Assembly (NCBI GenBank): GCA_039794085.1
Contig: JBDIWC010000002.1
Location: forward strand, 78,984-142,983
Source of the DNA: Gemmatimonadales bacterium
GTDB taxonomy: Bacteria; Gemmatimonadota; Gemmatimonadetes; Gemmatimonadales; GWC2-71-9
Direction: 5' to 3'
Length of the DNA stretch: 64,000 nt
Part shown: positions 1-10,150 of the stretch, one piece after another
How the letters are laid out: the number at the start of each line of letters is the position of its first letter
Numbering within the stretch: the first letter of the stretch is position 1
The notes under the pieces: model-generated
Database searches by the model: none
Told to the model about the DNA's origin: nothing
What the model saw: only the letters and a program-made list of their open reading frames with translations
Made by a program: the position numbers and the translations under genes

Positions 1-370
1 TTTCCAGGTGCCGGAGGGCCCGTCGCCGGATGTACGGCTCGGCGAGGGACTCCATCCGGATGGCCGTCATCACCCGGGTCTGCACCCCGATTCGTTCCAG
101 GACATCCTGGAGCGCCAGAGCGTTGATCACCGTGGCCAGCATGCCCATGTAGTCCGCGGACACGCGGTCGAGTCCCTCCTGGCTCGCCACTGTTCCGCGC
201 ACGATGTTGCCCCCGCCCACCACCAGGCCCAGGTGCACCCCAAGGGCATGGACGCCCTTGATCTCCTCGGCGAGTCGTTCCACCACGCCGAAGTCGAGGC
301 CGACCCCCTTGCCTCCGGCAAGGGCCTCCCCGGAAATCTTGAGCAGGGCACGGCGGTAAATCAGCCCCAT
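1..370 (-). CDS. pyrH: UMP kinase (5' part; runs off window)
   Basis: Manual translation from ATG 370: [20 protein letters not shown]...[11 protein letters not shown]...[18 protein letters not shown]; overlaps tsf stop (TGATG). Confidence 0.95.
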   Translation of the reverse strand, partial: MGLIYRRALLKISGEALAGGKGVGLDFGVVERLAEEIKGVHALGVHLGLVVGGGNIVRGTVASQEGLDRVSADYMGMLATVINALALQDVLERIGVQTRVMTAIRMESLAEPYIRRRALRHLE

Positions 371-1239
371 CAGGACTCCCCGATGCGGACCCGGACGAAC
401 CGAACGACCGTCAGATCACCGCCCGCCGCCTTCGCCGCGGCCGCCACGACCTGGCCCACGGAGGTCTTGTCGTCCTTCACGAAGGGCTGTTCGAGCAGAG
501 CGCGCTCGGAGAGGAATTTCCGCACCTTCCCGTCGACGATCTTGGAACGGACCGCCTCAGGCTTCCCCTCGGCCGTCACCTGCTCCTCGGCGATGCGCCG
601 TTCCCGGTCCACGAGGTCGGCCGCGATGTCCTCGGGGCGAACCGCCACGGGATCCGCGGACGCGACGTGCATGGCCAATTCCCGCGCCAGAGCCTGGCCC
701 TCGGGGGTCCGCGCCCCGGCCCCCGACACCTCCACGAGAACGCCCACCTGCCGGTTGTGGTGCAGGTACTGCCCCACGGTCCCGGCGACCGGAGCGAAAG
801 TCGCCGCCATGCTCAGGTTCACCGCCTCTCCCGTCGTGCCGGACATCCGTTGCACGAGATCCGCCACCGTGTCGGTCCCCCCCTCTTCGGCCGGAGCCGC
901 GAGCAAGGCCGGGGCGTCCTCGGCCTTCACCGCGGCAGCCCGGGAGGCGAGACGGGCGGCGAGCGCCACGAAGTCATCGGTGCGAGCCACGAAGTCGGTT
1001 TCGCAGGTCAGGCAGATGATCGAAGCCCGGGATCCATCCGGGGCAGCTTCGATGTTCACCAGCCCCTGGGTGGTGGACCGGCCGACCCTCTTCTCCGCCT
1101 TGGCGATGCCCTTGGCCCGCAGCAGTTCGGCGGCACGCTCCATGTCACCCTCGGCCTCGTCGAGGGCCTTCTTGCAATCCATCATCCCGGCACTGGTCCG
1201 GGCGCGCAGTTCACTGATGTCCTTGGTCGAGATCGCCAT
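370..1239 (-). CDS. tsf: Elongation factor Ts
   Basis: [33 protein letters not shown]; lies between rpsB and pyrH. Confidence 0.97.
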   Translation of the reverse strand: MAISTKDISELRARTSAGMMDCKKALDEAEGDMERAAELLRAKGIAKAEKRVGRSTTQGLVNIEAAPDGSRASIICLTCETDFVARTDDFVALAARLASRAAAVKAEDAPALLAAPAEEGGTDTVADLVQRMSGTTGEAVNLSMAATFAPVAGTVGQYLHHNRQVGVLVEVSGAGARTPEGQALARELAMHVASADPVAVRPEDIAADLVDRERRIAEEQVTAEGKPEAVRSKIVDGKVRKFLSERALLEQPFVKDDKTSVGQVVAAAAKAAGGDLTVVRFVRVRIGES

Positions 1240-1365
1240 GGTCTTCTTCTCTGGGTAGGTGGTGCATGATTCGGGGTCCCGGCCTCTACCCGGGGCCCCT
1301 TAGAACGACCGCCGCCTTCGGCCGGAACCGTTGGCGGCGGGAACGGGCCGGTGTGAAACCGTCCC

Positions 1366-2256
1366 TCAGGCGCTGGCGTCGCCGCTCGACGCCGGTTCAA
1401 CCTCCGCGGTCTCGCCGCCGTCTCCCTTGAGGCGGGCCGCAATCGCTTCGGGCTTGGGCCGCCGCTTGCGGGTGGGTCGGCGACGGCGCCGATCGGCATC
1501 GGGATCCCCTTCGGTGCCGGTGTCGGTGCTGTAGGTTTCGGCATCGGCGTCCTCCACACCCTCGCGGGTGGGGGCGGCCATCCGGGCCTCCCGAATCACC
1601 TCACCGAGCGCGCGCGTGATGAGGGACACGGACCGGATCGCGTCGTCGTTGCCGGGGATCGGAACCGTGATCGGATCGGGATCGGCATTGGTGTCCACGA
1701 TGGCCACGACCGGAATCCCGAGCTTGTTCGCCTCCTGGATCGCGATCTTCTCCTTCCGAGCATCCACCACAAAGAGCGCACCCGGGAGGCGACCCATCTG
1801 CTTGAGCCCCTCCAGGTTGCGGAGCAGCTTGACCCGCTCCCGCTCGAACAGCAGGCGCTCCTTCTTGGTGTAGTTCTCGAATCCGCCCTCGTCGGTTCCC
1901 TGTTCCAGGTCCTTGAGACGCCGGATCTGCTTCTTGATGGTCTGGAAGTTGGTGAGGGTTCCGCCCAGCCACCGTTCGGTGACCCAGAACGCGCCCGCGT
2001 GATCGGCCTCCCCCTGGACCAGCGCCTTGAGCTGCTTCTTGGTGCAGACGAACAGGATCCCTTCGCCGCGTGTGATCACGGAGCGGAGCAGTTCCTGCGC
2101 CTTCTGGATTTGCCGGAGCGTCTTCTGAAGGTCGATGATGTAGATCCCGGAGCGTTCCGCAAAGATGAAACGGCGCATCTTCGGGTTCCACCGGCGGGTC
2201 TGATGGCCGAAATGGACTCCGGCTTCGAGGAGGTCCTGCACCTGGGGCTGTGCCAT
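1366..2256 (-). CDS. rpsB: 30S ribosomal protein S2
   Basis: LLEAGVHFGHQTRRWNPKM, IPGNDDAIRS. Confidence 0.98.
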   Translation of the reverse strand: MAQPQVQDLLEAGVHFGHQTRRWNPKMRRFIFAERSGIYIIDLQKTLRQIQKAQELLRSVITRGEGILFVCTKKQLKALVQGEADHAGAFWVTERWLGGTLTNFQTIKKQIRRLKDLEQGTDEGGFENYTKKERLLFERERVKLLRNLEGLKQMGRLPGALFVVDARKEKIAIQEANKLGIPVVAIVDTNADPDPITVPIPGNDDAIRSVSLITRALGEVIREARMAAPTREGVEDADAETYSTDTGTEGDPDADRRRRRPTRKRRPKPEAIAARLKGDGGETAEVEPASSGDASA

Positions 2257-2285
2257 GCGTTCCGTGTCGTCCTTCTACCGAGAGG

Positions 2286-2365
2286 GTTGGTCGTCCACCG
2301 CCTTCGTCCCGAGGCCCGACCCCCGCGGGGGCACCCAGACCGCGATCCAGCGATGTACCGAGTGC
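2286..2365 (-). ncRNA. S2 autoregulatory leader (t44-like), boundaries approximate
   Basis: In the rpsI-rpsB gap the minus strand reads GGGTGCCCCC-GC-GGGGGTCGG...GGGA, resembling the GGGTGCCC...GGGGTCGG core of the E. coli rpsB leader. Confidence 0.6.
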
Positions 2366-2402
2366 GGCAGGCGGCACCATGCCCCCTGCCGTGCAGGATG
2401 AA

Positions 2403-2804
2403 CTACCGCTTCGAGAACTGGAAGCGCTTCCGGGCTCCTGGCCGACCCGGCTTTTTCCGCTCCACCGCCCGGGGATCCCGGGTGAGGAGTCCCGCGGCCC
2501 GGAGCTTGGTCCGGTGCATCGCATCGGCCTCGACCAGCGCACGCGCGATGGCGTGGCGCAGCGCCCCGGCCTGACCGCTCACACCCCCTCCGTCGAGATG
2601 GGCCTTGACGTCGAATGCGCCGAGCGTGTCGGTGGCCGTGAAGGACTGCTGAATGTGCTGCACCAGGGAGGGGCGGGGGAAATAGTCCCCGAGGGTCCGT
2701 CCATTCACATCCCATCTGCCGCTGCCCGGTGTCAGGTAGACCCGTGCCACGGAAGTTTTCCGCCGGCCTATGGCCTGCCACCGGAACGCGGATTCGTCAC
2801 TCAT
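2403..2804 (-). CDS. rpsI: 30S ribosomal protein S9
   Basis: GRRKTSVARV, GGGVSGQAGA, C-terminal ARKRFQFSKR. Confidence 0.98.
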   Translation of the reverse strand: MSDESAFRWQAIGRRKTSVARVYLTPGSGRWDVNGRTLGDYFPRPSLVQHIQQSFTATDTLGAFDVKAHLDGGGVSGQAGALRHAIARALVEADAMHRTKLRAAGLLTRDPRAVERKKPGRPGARKRFQFSKR

Positions 2805-3244
2805 GCGGTCACCTCGAGGCTGAACGTCTTCGGTTGCTGGGCCTGGTGCGGGTGCTGGTCCCCGCCATACACCTTGAGCTTGCCCCTCAGTTTCTGGCGG
2901 GCCAGGGAGGTCTTGGGCAGCATCCCGAACACCGCCTTTTCGATCACCCGGTCGGGGTGAGATGCGAGGAGGTTGCGTGCGGGCGTGTGCCGCTCATGCC
3001 CCATGTACCCGGTGTGCTTGAAATATGTTTTCTGGTCGAGCTTCCGGCCCGTCAGGTGAACCTTCGAGGCGTTGATGACCACCACGAAATCCCCACCGTC
3101 CATGTGGGGGGTGTACGTGGGCTTGTGTTTCCCGCGAATAAGCTGGGCCACCACACTCGCGAGGCGCCCGAGGGGCACATCGGTGGCATCCACCAGATGC
3201 CATTCGTGGGTCTGGTCCTGCGGCTTGGCCGAAAATGTCTTCAT
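2801..3244 (-). CDS. rplM: 50S ribosomal protein L13
   Basis: LGRLAS, GKHKPTYTPHMDGGDFVVVINA, HPHQAQQP. Confidence 0.98.
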   Translation of the reverse strand: MKTFSAKPQDQTHEWHLVDATDVPLGRLASVVAQLIRGKHKPTYTPHMDGGDFVVVINASKVHLTGRKLDQKTYFKHTGYMGHERHTPARNLLASHPDRVIEKAVFGMLPKTSLARQKLRGKLKVYGGDQHPHQAQQPKTFSLEVTA

Positions 3245-3304
3245 GTGACCGCGGTCCGTCTTGAGCGTTTGACCTTCTGATCCCGGTTTCGGGAATAGCT
3301 TTGC

Positions 3305-3334
3305 AAAATATCCCCGGATAAGTGGTTAGGTCAA
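3305..3334 (-). promoter_or_regulatory. Sigma70-type promoter for rplM operon
   Basis: TTGACC-N18-TATTTT on the minus strand, in an AT-rich patch upstream of rplM. Confidence 0.6.
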
Positions 3335-3843
3335 GCCCCGCCAGAGGCCTCGAACTCGATCAGGGGGGCCCCCTTCTCCACCGCCTGGCCCGGGGTCACC
3401 AGGACCCGGGCCACGACGGCGGTCCCGCGGGCCTTGATTTCATTCTCCATCTTCATCGCCTCCAGCACCAGGAGCCCGTCCCCGGTTCCCACCGTGTCTC
3501 CCACCGCCACTTGGACCCGCAGCACCAGACCCGGCATGGGAGCCACAATGCGGGACGGCCCGGCCTGCGCCTTGCTGACCCCGAGCAAACTGCGAATGTG
3601 CCGGGTCCGTTCGTCAAGCACCTCCACCTCGATGTCTTCTCCCCGATCCTGGAGGCGCCACCGCCCCCGGCCCACGCCCTCCAAGGGGAAAACCCCGGAC
3701 GCCCCACCCACCACCAGGTGAACCAGCGGCGTTCCCGGGATCCGGCGAAGGGTGGCCATCACGACCCGATCTCCGATCCGGACGGTGTCACCATCGACTT
3801 CCACTTCCACCGCCGTGCCCCCGACTGTCACATGGTATTTCAT
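3331..3843 (-). CDS. Biotin carboxyl carrier protein
   Basis: APMPG and the LEAMKMENEI biotinylation motif. Confidence 0.92.
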   Translation of the reverse strand: MKYHVTVGGTAVEVEVDGDTVRIGDRVVMATLRRIPGTPLVHLVVGGASGVFPLEGVGRGRWRLQDRGEDIEVEVLDERTRHIRSLLGVSKAQAGPSRIVAPMPGLVLRVQVAVGDTVGTGDGLLVLEAMKMENEIKARGTAVVARVLVTPGQAVEKGAPLIEFEASGGA

Positions 3844-5072
3844 CGCCGCTCCAGGATCACAGCCACCTCGACGTGGGCCGTTTGGGGAAAGAGGTCGAAG
3901 GCCTGCACGGCCGACACCCCGTAGCGGTCGCCCAGGTGCCTCAGATCCCGCGCCAGGGTGGCGGGATCACAGGAGATGTATGCCATCCTCCGGGCCCCCG
4001 AGGCCCCCAGCCCCGCGCACACCGCCGGCGTGAGCCCGGTTCGGGGAGGGTTGACCAGCACGCCGTGCGGAGGGGCCAGCCGAGAGATCCACTCTTCGAC
4101 GCTCCCAACATGACGGCGGACCCCCGCGATGCCGGAGCGGGAGGCCAGAGCCACGGCCTCCCGGTCCCGCTCCACGCTCTCCACCGCGGCGCCCTTTCGG
4201 GCCAGGCGATCGGTCATTTCCCCGGTACCGGCATAGAGATCCCACCAGGATTGCCCGGCCTCCGGGGCAAGCCGTTCCATCACCCAACGGCGGATGGTCT
4301 CGGCCATGGCGGGATGGACCTGCTCGAAGACCATCGCGGAGGACGGGCCCGCCGCCCCTGCCATCGGGACACTCTCGCCTCCGCGGGCTTCGCTCCAGAA
4401 GGTGGCCTCCTGTCCCCAGGACGCCAATTTCCCCTGGATCTCGACCACAGGCGCGGGGTCCGGATGCCCGGAACCGTCGACATGGAGCACACAGTGCATC
4501 CCCCCCCCCGCGTCCACCCGGAGGGTCAAACGGGTCACCGAGGCAGGAAGAGTGGCCGCGAGAGGCGACAGCTCTTCCCAGAGGGCGTTGAGTTCCTCCC
4601 GCGCGATGAGGCAGTACCGCAGCGGGAAAACCTCGCCGGGGCGTTCGGCCTGGTGAAAGCCGAAGGTTCCGTTCCTGCACCGGTGCAGAGTGATCCGGGT
4701 CCGGTATCCCCAGGGAGATTCGGCGGCACAGAGAGGGGGATCCTCCAGGGCGAGCTTCCCGATCCGCCGGAGTGCGTCTCCCACGATCCTTTTCCGGGCC
4801 TCCTGCTGGGCCGGTTCGGCCAGGTGCTGGAGCTGGCACCCCCCACATCCGTCCTTCCGAAGGTGGTCGCAGGGGACCTCGATCCGTCCCGGTCCCGGTT
4901 CCACCACCCGCCCTGGCCAGGCCCGGGCAAACCGCGCGGAGAGACGAATATCCCGCGGTTCCACCAGGTCGCCCGGGGCCGTGGCGGGGATGAACACGAC
5001 CCGGCCATCGGTCAGGTGTCCCACCCCATCCCCCCCGGCGGCGACCCGCTCGATCCGGACGGCGGGAATCAC
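3840..5072 (-). CDS. RlmD/TrmA-family RNA m5U methyltransferase with TRAM domain
   Basis: CGGCQLQH Fe-S motif, DLYAGTG, NPPRTG, ISCDPATLARDL, FDLFPQTAHVE. Confidence 0.88.
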   Translation of the reverse strand: MIPAVRIERVAAGGDGVGHLTDGRVVFIPATAPGDLVEPRDIRLSARFARAWPGRVVEPGPGRIEVPCDHLRKDGCGGCQLQHLAEPAQQEARKRIVGDALRRIGKLALEDPPLCAAESPWGYRTRITLHRCRNGTFGFHQAERPGEVFPLRYCLIAREELNALWEELSPLAATLPASVTRLTLRVDAGGGMHCVLHVDGSGHPDPAPVVEIQGKLASWGQEATFWSEARGGESVPMAGAAGPSSAMVFEQVHPAMAETIRRWVMERLAPEAGQSWWDLYAGTGEMTDRLARKGAAVESVERDREAVALASRSGIAGVRRHVGSVEEWISRLAPPHGVLVNPPRTGLTPAVCAGLGASGARRMAYISCDPATLARDLRHLGDRYGVSAVQAFDLFPQTAHVEVAVILERR

Positions 5073-6577
5073 CTCACTCCCTCGTGCCGTGCCGCCTGAC
5101 GCCAGGCGCTGGTGCTGGCGGTGTCCGCCCGGGTCCCTTCCGGGGCCACTGCCGGGCGGCTCTGGCGACGGCTCTCGTCCTCGGCCAGCGCGGCCACGAT
5201 GGCGAGCGTGAGATCGCGTTCCGGATCGGAGGGTGCCTGGAGAAGGTCGGACCGGCGGTCGAGGAACTGGATGTCGATCTCGCCCCGCTGGAACTCGGCG
5301 TCAGCCAGGAGTCGGCGGTGGAAGGCCTGGTTGGTGGCCACTCCCACCACCACCAGCTCGTCGAGTGCCCTCCGCATCCGGGCCACACAGGCGTCCCGCG
5401 TGGGGGCTCTGACGATGAGCTTGGCGAGCATCGAGTCGTAGTGGAGGGTGACGTCATCGCCGACCGTGACGCCCGAGTCCCAGCGGACGCCGGGACCGGA
5501 GGGAATCTGAAGATAGGTTATCCGCCCCGTGGTGGGGAGGAATCCGTTGGCCGGGTCCTCGCTGGTGATCCGGCACTCCATGGCCCACCCCCGCGGCGCC
5601 AGGTCCCGGGAGGGAAGACTGAGAGGCAGTCCCCGCGCGATCCGGAGCTGTTCCCGCACGAGATCCACCCCATACGCCATCTCGGTGACGGGGTGTTCCA
5701 CCTGGATCCGGGTGTTCATCTCCAGGAAGTAGAACTCGCCACCGGCCGTGAGCAGGAACTCACAGGTTCCCGCTCCCCGGTAGCCCACCGCCCGGGCCGC
5801 TGCCACGGCCGCGCGCCCCATGTGTTCGCGAAGGGCCGGGGACACCGCGACAGAGGGGGCTTCCTCCAGCAGCTTCTGGTGTCGCCGCTGGATCGAGCAC
5901 TCCCGCTCGCCGAGATGAACGGCGCGTTCCTGGTCGGCCAGGATCTGAATCTCGACGTGCCGGGGCCGCTCGATGAACTTTTCGAGATACACCCCCGCGT
6001 CGCCGAAGGACCGGTCGGCCTCGGAGGCGGCGGCGCGGAGGGCCGCGGAGAGTTCCCCGGCTTCCCGCACCACGCGCATTCCCTTCCCTCCCCCGCCGGC
6101 GGCCGCCTTGACCATCACGGGATACCCGAGGGAGTCCGCCAGGTCATGAGCCCTTTTCCCCTCGGTGATCGGCTCCTCGGTGCCGGGCACCACGGGCACG
6201 CCGGCTTCCTTCATCCGGCGGCGGGCCTCCGTCTTGTCCCCCATCGCCCGGATGGCATCCGCCGGAGGACCGACAAACACCAGCCCGGCCTCGGCCACCG
6301 CGTCGGCAAAGGCGGCTCGTTCCGCCAGGAATCCATAGCCCGGGTGGATCGCTCCAGCCCCGCTCTCCCGGGCCGCGGCGATCAGGCGGGGGATCGACAG
6401 GTAGCTCTCGGAGGGAGCGGCTCCCCCGATCAGAATCGCGGTGTCGGCCGCGCGCACATGGGGGCTCTGCCGGTCGGCGTCGGAATAGACCGCCACCGCC
6501 TCGAGCCCCTCCTCATGGCAGGCGCGGATGATGCGCAGGGCGATCTCCCCGCGATTGGCAATCAGGATGCGCTTCAT
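5069..6577 (-). CDS. accC: Biotin carboxylase subunit of acetyl/propionyl-CoA carboxylase
   Basis: ILIANRGEIA, HPGYGFLAE, GGGGKGMR, FLEMNTRIQVEHPVTE. Confidence 0.93.
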   Translation of the reverse strand: MKRILIANRGEIALRIIRACHEEGLEAVAVYSDADRQSPHVRAADTAILIGGAAPSESYLSIPRLIAAARESGAGAIHPGYGFLAERAAFADAVAEAGLVFVGPPADAIRAMGDKTEARRRMKEAGVPVVPGTEEPITEGKRAHDLADSLGYPVMVKAAAGGGGKGMRVVREAGELSAALRAAASEADRSFGDAGVYLEKFIERPRHVEIQILADQERAVHLGERECSIQRRHQKLLEEAPSVAVSPALREHMGRAAVAAARAVGYRGAGTCEFLLTAGGEFYFLEMNTRIQVEHPVTEMAYGVDLVREQLRIARGLPLSLPSRDLAPRGWAMECRITSEDPANGFLPTTGRITYLQIPSGPGVRWDSGVTVGDDVTLHYDSMLAKLIVRAPTRDACVARMRRALDELVVVGVATNQAFHRRLLADAEFQRGEIDIQFLDRRSDLLQAPSDPERDLTLAIVAALAEDESRRQSRPAVAPEGTRADTASTSAWRQAARHEGVR

Positions 6578-6595
6578 GACCGGCCCCCGGCCCTC

Positions 6596-8149
6596 TCAGA
6601 GAGGAATGTTGCCATGTTTTTTCGCGGGGTTGCGGTCCCGCTTGGTGCGCAGCATCCGCAGCCCGTCGATCAGCCGAGGGCGGGTGTCCCGGGGATCGAT
6701 CACGTCGTCGACGTAGCCTCGGGCGGCCGCCGCATAGGGATGGGCAAAGGTGGCGGTGTATTCCTCGATGCGCCGCTGCGCCTCGGCCTCGGGATCCTCC
6801 GCCGTCCGGATTTCCTCGCGGAAGAGAATTTCCACCGCCCCCTTCGGACCCATCACGGCGATCTCGGCGGTCGGCCAGGCGAGGTTGATGTCGCCCCGGA
6901 TGTGCTTGGAACTCATGACGTCGTAGGCGCCGCCGTACGCCTTGCGGGTGATCACCGTGAGTTTGGGCACGGTGGCCTCGCAGAAAGCGTACAGCAACTT
7001 GGCGCCGTGCCGGATGATGCCCCCATGCTCCTGGGCCACTCCGGGAAGGAAGCCCGGCACGTCCACCAGGGTGACCAGCGGGATGTTGAAGGCATCGCAG
7101 AACCGGATGAACCGGGCCGCCTTGACCGAGGCGTTGATGTCGAGAACTCCGGCGAGGACCGCGGGCTGGTTGGCCACCACCCCCACCGGCTCGCCTCCGA
7201 GACGGGCAAATCCCACGAGGATGTTGCCGGCCCAGGCCGCGTGAATCTCGACGAATCGTCCGTCGTCCACGACGGCGCCGATGACGTCGTGCATGTCATA
7301 CGGCTGCGAGGAGAGGTCCGGGATCACGTCCAGGAGCGAGGCCTCCCGCCGATCCTCGGGGTCGGTGGAGGGATGCCGCGGGGGATCATCGAGATTGTTG
7401 GCCGGAAGGAACGCCATCAGATCCCGCACGGCGGCGAGGCACTCCGCCTCGGAGTCGAACACACTCGCGGCGAGTCCGCTGGTCTCGGCATGGACATCCG
7501 CTCCGCCGAGTCCCTCGAAGGTCACTTCCTCATGGGTGACGGTCTTCACGACGTTGGGTCCGGTGACGAACATGTAGCTGACGCCGCGCACCATGAACAC
7601 AAAGTCCGTGATGGCGGGACTGTACACCGCTCCGCCGGCACAGGGACCGAGAATCACGGAGATCTGAGGAATGACGCCGGAGGCGAGAGTATTCCGGAGG
7701 AAGATGTCCGCGTATCCCCCCAGGGAAGCCACGCCTTCCTGGATCCGAGCGCCACCCGAGTCGTTCAGGCCGATGATGGGGGCCCCGTTCCGCACCGCCA
7801 GATCCATCACCTTGCAGATCTTCTGGGCGTGGGTTTCCGACAGCGAGCCGCCGAACACGGTGAAGTCCTGGGAGAAGACGTAGACCAGTTTCCCGTTGAT
7901 CCTTCCGTATCCGGTCACCACACCGTCCCCCGGGATCTTCTGATCCGCCAGACCGAAGTCGTCGCACCGATGGGTGACGAACCGGTCGAATTCGACCAGG
8001 CTGCCCTCATCGAGCAGGAGATCGAGACGCTCCCGGGCGGTCAGCTTGCCCTTGGCGTGCTGCTGGGCGATCCGCTTCGGACCCCCCCCCTGCTCCGCTT
8101 CGGCCTGGTGCTGCCGAAGGGTGTCGAGACGTGCGTGGGAATCTGGCAT
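6596..8149 (-). CDS. pccB: Acyl-CoA carboxylase carboxyltransferase (beta) subunit
   Basis: [30 protein letters not shown]-terminal KKHGNIPL. Confidence 0.93.
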   Translation of the reverse strand: MPDSHARLDTLRQHQAEAEQGGGPKRIAQQHAKGKLTARERLDLLLDEGSLVEFDRFVTHRCDDFGLADQKIPGDGVVTGYGRINGKLVYVFSQDFTVFGGSLSETHAQKICKVMDLAVRNGAPIIGLNDSGGARIQEGVASLGGYADIFLRNTLASGVIPQISVILGPCAGGAVYSPAITDFVFMVRGVSYMFVTGPNVVKTVTHEEVTFEGLGGADVHAETSGLAASVFDSEAECLAAVRDLMAFLPANNLDDPPRHPSTDPEDRREASLLDVIPDLSSQPYDMHDVIGAVVDDGRFVEIHAAWAGNILVGFARLGGEPVGVVANQPAVLAGVLDINASVKAARFIRFCDAFNIPLVTLVDVPGFLPGVAQEHGGIIRHGAKLLYAFCEATVPKLTVITRKAYGGAYDVMSSKHIRGDINLAWPTAEIAVMGPKGAVEILFREEIRTAEDPEAEAQRRIEEYTATFAHPYAAAARGYVDDVIDPRDTRPRLIDGLRMLRTKRDRNPAKKHGNIPL

Positions 8150-8158
8150 AGAGAGGGG

Positions 8159-8187
8159 AATCTGCCCTGCCCGAGGAGGAAGGTCAA
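8159..8187 (-). promoter_or_regulatory. Putative promoter for the carboxylase operon (near-leaderless)
   Basis: TTGACC-N17-CAGATT, ending about 10 nt before the pccB ATG. Confidence 0.4.
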
Positions 8188-8227
8188 AACGGCGCGGGGC
8201 CGGGAGTCATGGATCCCGACCCCGCGC
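8186..8227 (-). terminator. Hairpin terminator downstream of rpsA
   Basis: Stem GCGCGGGGTCGGGA/TCCCGGCCCCGCGC with an 8-nt loop, followed by CGTTTT. Confidence 0.6.
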
Positions 8228-8261
8228 GGAGAATCACCGGGGATCCGAGCCCCCGATCGGC

Positions 8262-10052
8262 TCAGTCATCGTCGACCGGGTCGTCCTCGTAGACGGGCCG
8301 GACCGGCGGAATGATCGGTTCGTCGGGATAGCCCGTGACTTCGAGCACGATCCGATGGTGGATCGGATCCACCTCGAGAATCGAGGCCTCCACCACCTGC
8401 CCCTCCTTCACCACCTCCGCGGGGTCCTCGACGTTCTCGTGCTCCTGTCCCATCTGGGACACGGGAACGAACCCTTCGAGATCCGAGCCCATGTCGACCA
8501 CGAAACCCTTGTCCATGAGGCGCACGATGCGACCCTTGATCGCGGTGCCGACCGGGTAGGTCTCGCCGATGGTGAGCCAGGGGTCCTCGGCCGCCTGCTT
8601 GAGCCCCAGGGAAATCCGCTTGTTCTCGCCATCGATGTTGAGGACCAGAACGGTGACGGTGTCCCCCTTCTTGACCACCTCGCTCGGGTGCTGCACCCGC
8701 TTGGTCCAGGACATGTCGGAGATGTGGATCAGGCCGTCAATGCCGGGCTCGAGCTCCACGAATGCGCCGAAGCTGGTCAGGTTGCGGACCTTGCCGGTGA
8801 TCCGGGTCCCGACGGGATACTTCTCCGGGAGCGTCATCCACGGGTCCTGCTCGGTCTGCTTCATGCCGAGAGAGATCTTCTCGTCGCCCTCGTCCACCTT
8901 CAGGACCACCGCATCGATGGTCTCGCCGATGCTGACGATCTTCGACGGATGACGCACGTTGCGGGTCCAACTCATCTCGGAGATGTGGACCAGCCCCTCG
9001 ATGCCCGGCTCGAGTTCCACGAAGGCCCCGTAGTTGGTGATGGACACGACCTTGCCCTGCACCCGGCTGCCCACGGGATACTTCTCGGCCACATCCTTCC
9101 ACGGATACGACTGCAACTGCTTCATGCCGAGACTGATCCGCTCCCGCTGCCAGTCGATGTCGAGGATCTTGATCTCGACTTCCTTCCCGATGGCCACCAT
9201 TTCCGACGGGTGAGACACCCGGCCGTAGGACATGTCGGTGATGTGCAGGAGACCGTCAACTCCCCCGAGGTCGATGAAGGCCCCGAAGTCGGTGATGTTC
9301 TTCACCACACCGGTCCGCACCTGGCCGACCTCGAGCTCCTTCATGAGGAACTCGCGCTTGTTGGCTCGATCGGCTTCGAGAATGACCCGGCGGCTCACGA
9401 CGATGTTGCGGCGACGCTTGTTCAGCTTGATGATCTTGAATTCATACGACGACCCGAGAAGCTCGTCGATGTTGGGCACGCGGCGGAGTGCGATCTGCGA
9501 CCCGGGAAGAAAGGCATCGACCCCCATCACGCTGACCACCACGCCCCCCTTGATCTTCTTCATCAGGGTGCCCTCGACCGGCTCATCGTTCTCGAAGGCG
9601 TGGCGGATCTTCTCCCAGACCCGCATGAAGTCGGCCTTCTTCTTCGACAGTACCACCGCCCCGTCCTGATCCTCCAGATGCTCGAGGAAGACTTCGACCT
9701 CGTCTCCCTCCTTCAGCGACCCGGGATCCTGGAACTCCTCGATGGGAATGGACCCTTCGGACTTGAAGCCGACATCGAGAATCACCGCGTTGTCGGTGAC
9801 CCGCAGGACCCGCGACTTGACGATCTCCCCCTCGACGATCGAGGCCATGGTGCCCTCGTACATCGAGAGCATCTCCTCATACTCCGACTCGGAGTAGGTA
9901 TCGTCGTACAGGTCGTCGCGGACCCGGATGGCCATCGCGGGCTTGACCGTGGCCGTGGTGCTCGCGCTCTCCCGAATCTCCTCGGGGACCGTGTCGGGTG
10001 CGGGGGCAGTCTCGGAGACGGCAGCGGGGGTGGAAGGATCTGATTCTGGCAT
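8262..10052 (-). CDS. rpsA: 30S ribosomal protein S1
   Basis: Six S1 repeats (GFKSEG, AFLPGSQ, FGAFIDLGGVDGLLHITDMS, GIEGLVHISEMSW); start taken at MPESDP. Confidence 0.97.
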   Translation of the reverse strand: MPESDPSTPAAVSETAPAPDTVPEEIRESASTTATVKPAMAIRVRDDLYDDTYSESEYEEMLSMYEGTMASIVEGEIVKSRVLRVTDNAVILDVGFKSEGSIPIEEFQDPGSLKEGDEVEVFLEHLEDQDGAVVLSKKKADFMRVWEKIRHAFENDEPVEGTLMKKIKGGVVVSVMGVDAFLPGSQIALRRVPNIDELLGSSYEFKIIKLNKRRRNIVVSRRVILEADRANKREFLMKELEVGQVRTGVVKNITDFGAFIDLGGVDGLLHITDMSYGRVSHPSEMVAIGKEVEIKILDIDWQRERISLGMKQLQSYPWKDVAEKYPVGSRVQGKVVSITNYGAFVELEPGIEGLVHISEMSWTRNVRHPSKIVSIGETIDAVVLKVDEGDEKISLGMKQTEQDPWMTLPEKYPVGTRITGKVRNLTSFGAFVELEPGIDGLIHISDMSWTKRVQHPSEVVKKGDTVTVLVLNIDGENKRISLGLKQAAEDPWLTIGETYPVGTAIKGRIVRLMDKGFVVDMGSDLEGFVPVSQMGQEHENVEDPAEVVKEGQVVEASILEVDPIHHRIVLEVTGYPDEPIIPPVRPVYEDDPVDDD

Positions 10053-10150
10053 GGGAGGGCATCCGTACCGGCGCTCCGGCGGGGAGCCGGTCACCGGGGT
10101 TCAGGGTGAGCGTCCAGGGGCCGAGTGCCTCTGGACCTGAGCCCTGCAAC

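Noticed and set aside
5084..10043. Very long plus-strand ORFs (e.g. 1076 aa at 5084-8314, 689 aa at 7974-10043) and similar ones throughout
   Set aside because: They are antisense shadows of well-identified genes, expected in high-GC DNA, and carry no motifs.
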